Shown: positions 58,659-64,000 of the stretch, piece after piece | Layout of the letters: each line of letters starts with the position of its first letter | Numbering within the stretch: position 1 is the stretch's first letter | NCBI RefSeq assembly: GCF_018350175.1 | Contig: NC_058377.1 | Location: 69,316,001 to 69,380,000, forward strand | Reading direction: 5' to 3' | Source: Felis catus | Taxonomy: Eukaryota | Length of the DNA stretch: 64,000 nucleotides | The notes under the pieces: generated by a model | Seen by the model: only the letters and a program-made list of their open reading frames with translations | Database searches by the model: none | What the model was told of the DNA's origin: nothing | Translations under genes and position numbers: made by a program

Positions 58659-59693
58659 ACAACTGTGGATTCAAAGGAACTAAGACATATCAACCAGTTA
58701 TAGACTTTATTTGGATACTAATTCAAATAAACCAAAGGTTAAAACAATTTTAATGACAATCAGGGAAAATAGAAAATAGACAATTATTAGGGGATTATTG
58801 TTTTTAGAGATGATAATGGCAAAATGGTTATGTCTTTAAAAGATTTTACCTGTTAGAAATACATAACAAAATGCTATGATGTCTAGGACTTTCTAGGATA
58901 TTCCAAGAAAACAACAACAACAACAACAAAAAACTTGATGCAGAGGAGAAATAAGTAAAACAAAATTGACGAATTGTGCCTATTTGTTGAAGCTTGGTGA
59001 TGGGTACATAGGATTCATTATGCTGCTCTCTGTATTTATGTATTGGTTTGAGGATTTCCATGATAAAAAGTAAAAAATAAATTGTAAAAGAGAGCACAAG
59101 AAGGAAAAATCGGGTTGTAGAAGGATACGTATGTTATAGTTTATGGGTTTCCCCCCCCTTTTAATAAACCAAACAGGACAAAACTCTGTTATACTGTTAT
59201 CTGGGGTTATATTTGAGAGACGGGATCAAGGAGTGGTGTGGGAAGCTGTTTTTTTTTTTTTAACAGTATAAACCTGGGGATCTTTTGAATTTGAGATAAG
59301 TACATATAACTTGTTACTTTAAAAAAAAATGAATAAGACGTCATAATTAAGATATGAGCAAAGCACTGTGGGGGATTGTTTCCTGTGTCCTGGTTAAACA
59401 TGGCTGCCCAAAACAGGACCTAAAAGCATGAGAGTGAAGGGTGCACCTGAATAACTGGACAGGCTCAGCGTGACCCCCAGCCAACCAATCTGCCATGCCT
59501 TGAGGGATTTACAAAGTGATCACACTCTGGAAAAGACGGTATTCTCATCTCATCATGTGGAAGCTAAGCAGACTGTCCAGTAGAGTGACCCTGTGATTAG
59601 ATGCCTAAAAGAAAGTATTTAATCTGTTCATCATGGGTTAAAATACAAATTCTTATAGTTTTGAATTAATCTTTCAATGCCGGAATAGAAACA

Positions 59694-59934
59694 GAGTAAA
59701 ACCTTGGTTTGCGAGCATAATCTGTTGCAGAACCATCTTTGTAATGCAAAGCATTCGCATATCAAAGCAAATTTCAAGAACCATTGGCTCAGTTGTGATC
59801 ATGTGACATTCGGCATCACGTCGTACTTGTATTGCAAGACATTGCTCGTTTATCAAGTTAAAATTTATTAGAAATGTTTACTCATCTTGCGATACGCTCG
59901 CAGAACAAGTTACTCGCAATCCAAGATCTTACTA
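59694..59934. mobile_element. TcMar/Tigger-like MITE
   Basis: Terminal inverted repeats with 19/24 match: gagtaaaaccttggtttgcgagca vs reverse complement tagtaagatcttggattgcgagta. Confidence 0.75.
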
Positions 59935-60349
59935 CTTAGTTATGAAGTGTTGTCAGTTAGTTATTCATTTTCTTCCATGTCAGTGATTGCCTGAGTTGGC
60001 CCAATTCCAGGGGGGAAATGGTAGTGGGGGGTGTAAAGGGTGGATATTAGCATCTGTGGGTCTGAAACATGGACTCCTAGCATGCTGGGGTCCACAAACC
60101 CATACCTCACACTAGGCACAGTCTGTGGGCACCTTTCACATGAATGTTCTGCTACTTTGGGAATTTTTGTAGATGCATAATTGTGATGCCTATAATCAGA
60201 CTCTTCAGATCCTTGCTGAAGTTAGAGGAACGTTAGGATGTTATGCAGCAACTGCTGTCAAGTGGGGATTTCTAAATCTTTTGATATTAGAAGGGGTTCT
60301 CATATGGAGAGAGAATGGGGCCACTGGTCTGGAGTTATGAATTATTCTT

Positions 60350-60798
60350 TTTAAAAATGTTTTTAACTTAGGGGCACCGGGGTAGCTCAGTTGGTTGGGC
60401 GTCCAACTTCAGCCTGGGTCATGATCTCGCAATCTGTGAGTTCGAGCCCCACGTCAGGCTCTGTGCTGAAAGCTCTGAGCTTGGAGCCAGCTTCAGATTC
60501 TGTGTCTCTGTCTCTCTCTGCCCCTTCCCTGTTTATACTCTGTCTCTATCTCTCTCTCTCAAAAATAAATAATTTTTTTTATTCTTTATTAAAAAATTTT
60601 TTTTAATTGTACGTTTTTAAATTTTAGACACAGAGAGAGAGAATGGGGGGAGGGGAAGACGGGGAGAGAGACAGAATCTCAAGCAGACTCCACGCTCAGC
60701 CTGGAGCCCAACGTGGGGCCCAGTCCCACAACTCTGGGACCGTAACCTGAGCTGAGATCAAGAGTTGGATGCTTAACTGACTGAGACAACCGGGACCC
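60350..60798. mobile_element. Minus-strand CanSINE with a plus-strand CanSINE (60371-60590) inserted in its tail
   Basis: Outer TSD tctggagt(t/g)atgaattattctt (60328-60349 / 60799-60820). Confidence 0.9.
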
Positions 60799-61074
60799 TC
60801 TGGAGTGATGAATTATTCTTAAGCTGATCTTCAGGGTTGGAATTTGGGTGCTCTTTCCATTTGCTGCTTTTCAAAAACGTAACACTCCAGGCCTATTTCT
60901 GCCAGGCTGAAGACACTTGAAGCTGCTGGGGCTCCCTTCTGCTTGCCCCAGGGTACTTTACTTATGACACAACTCCGTTACGGTTCTTGTAACACTGACT
61001 GGGTTGGGTGTTTTACTTGTGTCTCCTCCACTATTATTGGCAGGGGGAGGAGAAGTTGGGAGAGATTGAGAACA

Positions 61075-61930
61075 GAAATTCACTTATTCAACAAACTTAC
61101 AGCCACCTGCAGGCTCAGGAGCTAGAGAGAGGTGAAGAGATGAACAAGATACACCCCAGGCCGTCACAGAGCTCACTGAGTAAGGCAGTGGAGGATAGAT
61201 GAGCAAATAGACATCACAATACAGTATGGGAAGGTGCTATGGCTTCCATGGGAGAAAAAAGCATTGTTATAACCCAGTTTGTGGAAGCCACAGATACTGG
61301 GAACCGATGCTTAAACTGTGATTTGAAGAACCGGTTGGAGGTGGCCAAGTTGAAGTGGGGGAGGGAGGGACCAGTAAGTGCAAAGTGCAGAGGAAGAGAG
61401 CACAAGCCCAGAGGTGAGAGGCGGAAAGTGGAGAGAGAGGGGACAAATGCGGAGAGGTTGGCAGGGGCTGGGTCACGTGAGCCTTGTGTGCCATGATGAA
61501 ATCTTGGGACTTAATCTTGAGACCAATGGGAACATATTGCAAGTTTAAAGGCAGAAACCTGACCGAGCAAAGTTGTCTACCTAAATCATGACTTGGGCTA
61601 GAGTGTGGATGGTGGCTTGGTGTGTGCAAAACTGGAAGTGGGCAGAGGTATCAGGGGGCTGATTCTTCATGCAGGTAAGGTCCAGGCAGACACCTGAGTG
61701 AAGGCTGTCATCGTTGGGATGGAGAGATAACAAACTCGTGGAACACTGAGGAGGTAGAATTGACCCACTTGGTGCTGGGTTGGATGTGCAAAGGGAGGAA
61801 TCCAGAGGACTCAGATGGTGACCAGATTTCTGGCCTGAGAAATAGGTGGCTATTCCCTGAGAGGATATGGGAGGTGGGAGGGGCTTAGGGAGATACAGTG
61901 CAGGATATCAACTCTATTTGAGTGATGTTG
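61075..61930 (-). mobile_element. L2a fragments
   Basis: cacttattcaacaaac...gagatgaacaaga...gggacttaatctt...tgaggaggtagaattgac. Confidence 0.75.
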
Positions 61931-61993
61931 TATCTATTCCAGCCTTTCTAAGAGACGCCAGAATCACCAAGGCAGTGAAAGTCTCAAGCCACA

Positions 61994-62447
61994 GGGGCAC
62001 CTGATGGCTCAGTTGGTTAAGTGACGGACGTTGGCTCAGGTCATGATCTCACAGTGTGTGGATTCAAGCCCCACATCGGGCTCTGTGCTGACAGCTCAGA
62101 GCCTGGAGCCTGCTTCTGGATCCTGTGTCTCCCTTTCTCTCTGCCCCTCACCCACCTGCAGTCTGCCTGTCTCACTCTCTCAAAAATAAATAAACATTAA
62201 AAAGAAATTTAAGGGGCGCCTGGGTGGCGCAGTCGGTTAAGCGTCCGACTTCAGCCAGGTCACGATCTCGCGGTCCGTGAGTTCGAGCCCCGCGTCGGGC
62301 TCTGGGCTGATGGCTTGGAGCCTGGGGCCTGTTTCTGATTCTGTGTCTCCCTCTCTCTCTGCCCCTCCCCAGTTCATGCTCTGTCTCTCTCTGTCCCAAA
62401 AATAAATAAAAAACGTTGAAAAAAAATTAAAAAAAAAAAAATTTAAA
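61994..62447 (+). mobile_element. Older CanSINE with a young CanSINE (62213-~62432) nested in its tail
   Basis: Outer TSD g(a/g)aagtctcaa(g/t)ccac; inner TSD aaaaa(g/a)aaatttaa. Confidence 0.93.
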
Positions 62448-62739
62448 GGAAGTCTCAATCCACCAAAGAGCATATAAATCTTCCTGCCTTTGGTGAATGG
62501 GACTAAATTTTGAACACACATACCAGGAGAGCAATCTGTGCCTGAAGGTCGTATGTGACCACACATTCTTTGGAACAACAACAATGAAGGCAAACTTCTG
62601 TCCTTTGCAAAAATGAATACATTTCATTTTCTGAAGGAAAAAAAAAATGTGTCATTTAGAAAAACTCCTGCTAAGTAGAGTAGATAATCAATTTGGCTAA
62701 TACCAGCTTTATGGAAGGACCTAAAAATAATGCAATTGC

Positions 62740-62945
62740 TGAGCAAAGCTCTATCTTTGGTGGAAAGTCTAAGACTTGGACCCATGGGTTCAAATCCAGG
62801 GTTTTCTACTGCCTCACTCTGTGACTCACTAATTTTATAGTTGGGCCAAATTATGTAACGAGAGAGGTTAGGAACAATAATAACCACCTCACAGAGTTGT
62901 CGTTCAAGTGATCTGTGAATTGTAATGTTGTAAACATATTATTTT
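62740..62945 (+). mobile_element. MIR fragment
   Basis: catgggttcaaatccagg...ataataaccacctcacagagttgt. Confidence 0.6.
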
Positions 62946-63109
62946 AAGTTGGATGGTGTCACGTGCCTTGTCTCATTTGTTCCTTAGTTTATCCACACGT
63001 TCATATGCTCATTTCATTCGTACAGTCAGAAATACCCACTCTAAGTACACACTATGTGCCACCACTCTGGCAGACCCAGAGGATAAGACATTTATTAAGA
63101 TGTGGTCCT

Positions 63110-63318
63110 GGGGTGCCTGGGTGGCTCAGTGGGTTAAGTGTCCTACTTCAGCCCAGGTCATGATCTCACAGTTCATGGGTTTGAGCCCCACATCAGGCTC
63201 TGTGCTGATAGCTCAGATCCTGGAGCCTGCTTTGGATTCTGTGTTCTGGCTCTCTCTGCCCCTCCCCAACTCCCACTCTGTCTCTCTCAAAAATAAATAA
63301 ACATTAAAAAAATTAAAA
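63110..63318 (+). mobile_element. CanSINE
   Basis: Full head and tail; degenerate TSD aaga..tggtcc. Confidence 0.93.
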
Positions 63319-63369
63319 AGACATGGTCCCTCATAGTCCAGTGGGGATGAGAGATTAAAAACAAAAGCA

Positions 63370-64000
63370 GGGAAGATAGCAATCAAGTGGGTCAACAATT
63401 TAGAAGAGAGGTGAGGAGGCCCTGAACTAGGGGAGGGACAAAGCAGAGATCTGAGACACTGGATGGTAACCTCACTCACATGCAGTGACTCATCAATAGT
63501 AGAGGACAAGGGAGAAAGAGTAACCTAGAATGACTCCCAGGTTTCCAGCTTGGGCAAATGGAAAGATAAGACTGGGTGATTTCCTTGGATGGGGTGAAAT
63601 GGGTCTTGACAAGGGGTGGGAGTAGGAGATGGTGAAGTCAGTTTGGAGTAAGTTGAGGTTCCTCTGGGTATCATCTGATGGTGGGGGAAGGGAAGCGATA
63701 GACAGGGATCAGATGCTTAAGGAAGGGTGCAGAGTGGGAATTTACGGGGACTAAAGTTGAGCTCTGGACAAGACTAATACTGAAATAGTAGACAGAGGAA
63801 GGGAAATTCACAGAGACTAAGAAACAACACAGAAGAAAGAGAAAGTAACATTGTGGAGACCGTATGGGAGGAGTGAGTTTCAAGACAGGGGTGGCCACCT
63901 GGACCCATGTGATTTGGTAATTTAGAAAGATAACCTTGGAGAGAGGAGTGGCAGTGGATTGGTAGGAGGTGAAGCCACATTTAGTGGTTTTAGGAGTGAG
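63370..64000 (-). mobile_element. L2 fragments
   Basis: gaatgactcccaggtttccagcttgggcaaatgg...gaccttggagag; runs off the window end. Confidence 0.7.

Larger units (their letters stand above)
56950..59200 (+). mobile_element. Old L1MC/MD 3'-region fragments
   Basis: attccacttttaggtat...atttgtaatagcgaaaa; atcagccaaatccagattgtgg; tgttgaagcttggtgatgggtacatagg. Confidence 0.7.

Noticed and set aside
2902-63300. Recurrent peptides such as MAQSVKRPTSAQVMIS... and GAPGWRSRLSVRLQPGHDL...
   Set aside because: Translations of CanSINE copies, not a gene family.
1-64000. CRISPR arrays, operons or other prokaryote-type systems; TEAD1 or BMAL1 coding exons
   Set aside because: The sequence is mammalian; I saw no regularly spaced repeat-spacer array and no peptide resembling those genes.

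Overview
Mammalian genomic DNA, almost certainly a felid (domestic cat or close relative): about 40 tRNA-derived carnivore SINEs (CanSINE/SINEC type) and a young felid-type L1 3' end. The only supportable protein-coding gene is the intronless RASSF10 (ATG 45591 to TAA 47108, 505 aa) in a ~2.7 kb CpG island. In human this gene lies between TEAD1 and BMAL1/ARNTL, with the lncRNA LINC00958 upstream (recalled synteny; neither neighbour is visible here). The rest is a layered repeat landscape (L2, MIR, old L1M, ERVL internal fragments, solo LTRs, hAT/Tigger MITEs, nested SINEs) with a 711-bp assembly gap. The other ORFs look like SINE, ERV, GC-shadow or gap artefacts. I cannot support a confidently novel biological system. 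The best leads are: a 9.4-kb SINE-free, CpG-retaining interval (7.85-17.26 kb) with a CTCF motif, a dense TF cluster and three well-formed plus-strand non-coding exon candidates; an 88-nt minus-strand exon candidate at 24.6 kb; a pure (GCG)11 poly-Ala tract in RASSF10; a young L1 insertion beside the RASSF10 CpG island; and no canonical poly(A) signal after RASSF10 until a SINE tail. Repeat subfamily names come from recall of consensus sequences, and their boundaries are approximate unless TSDs are given.
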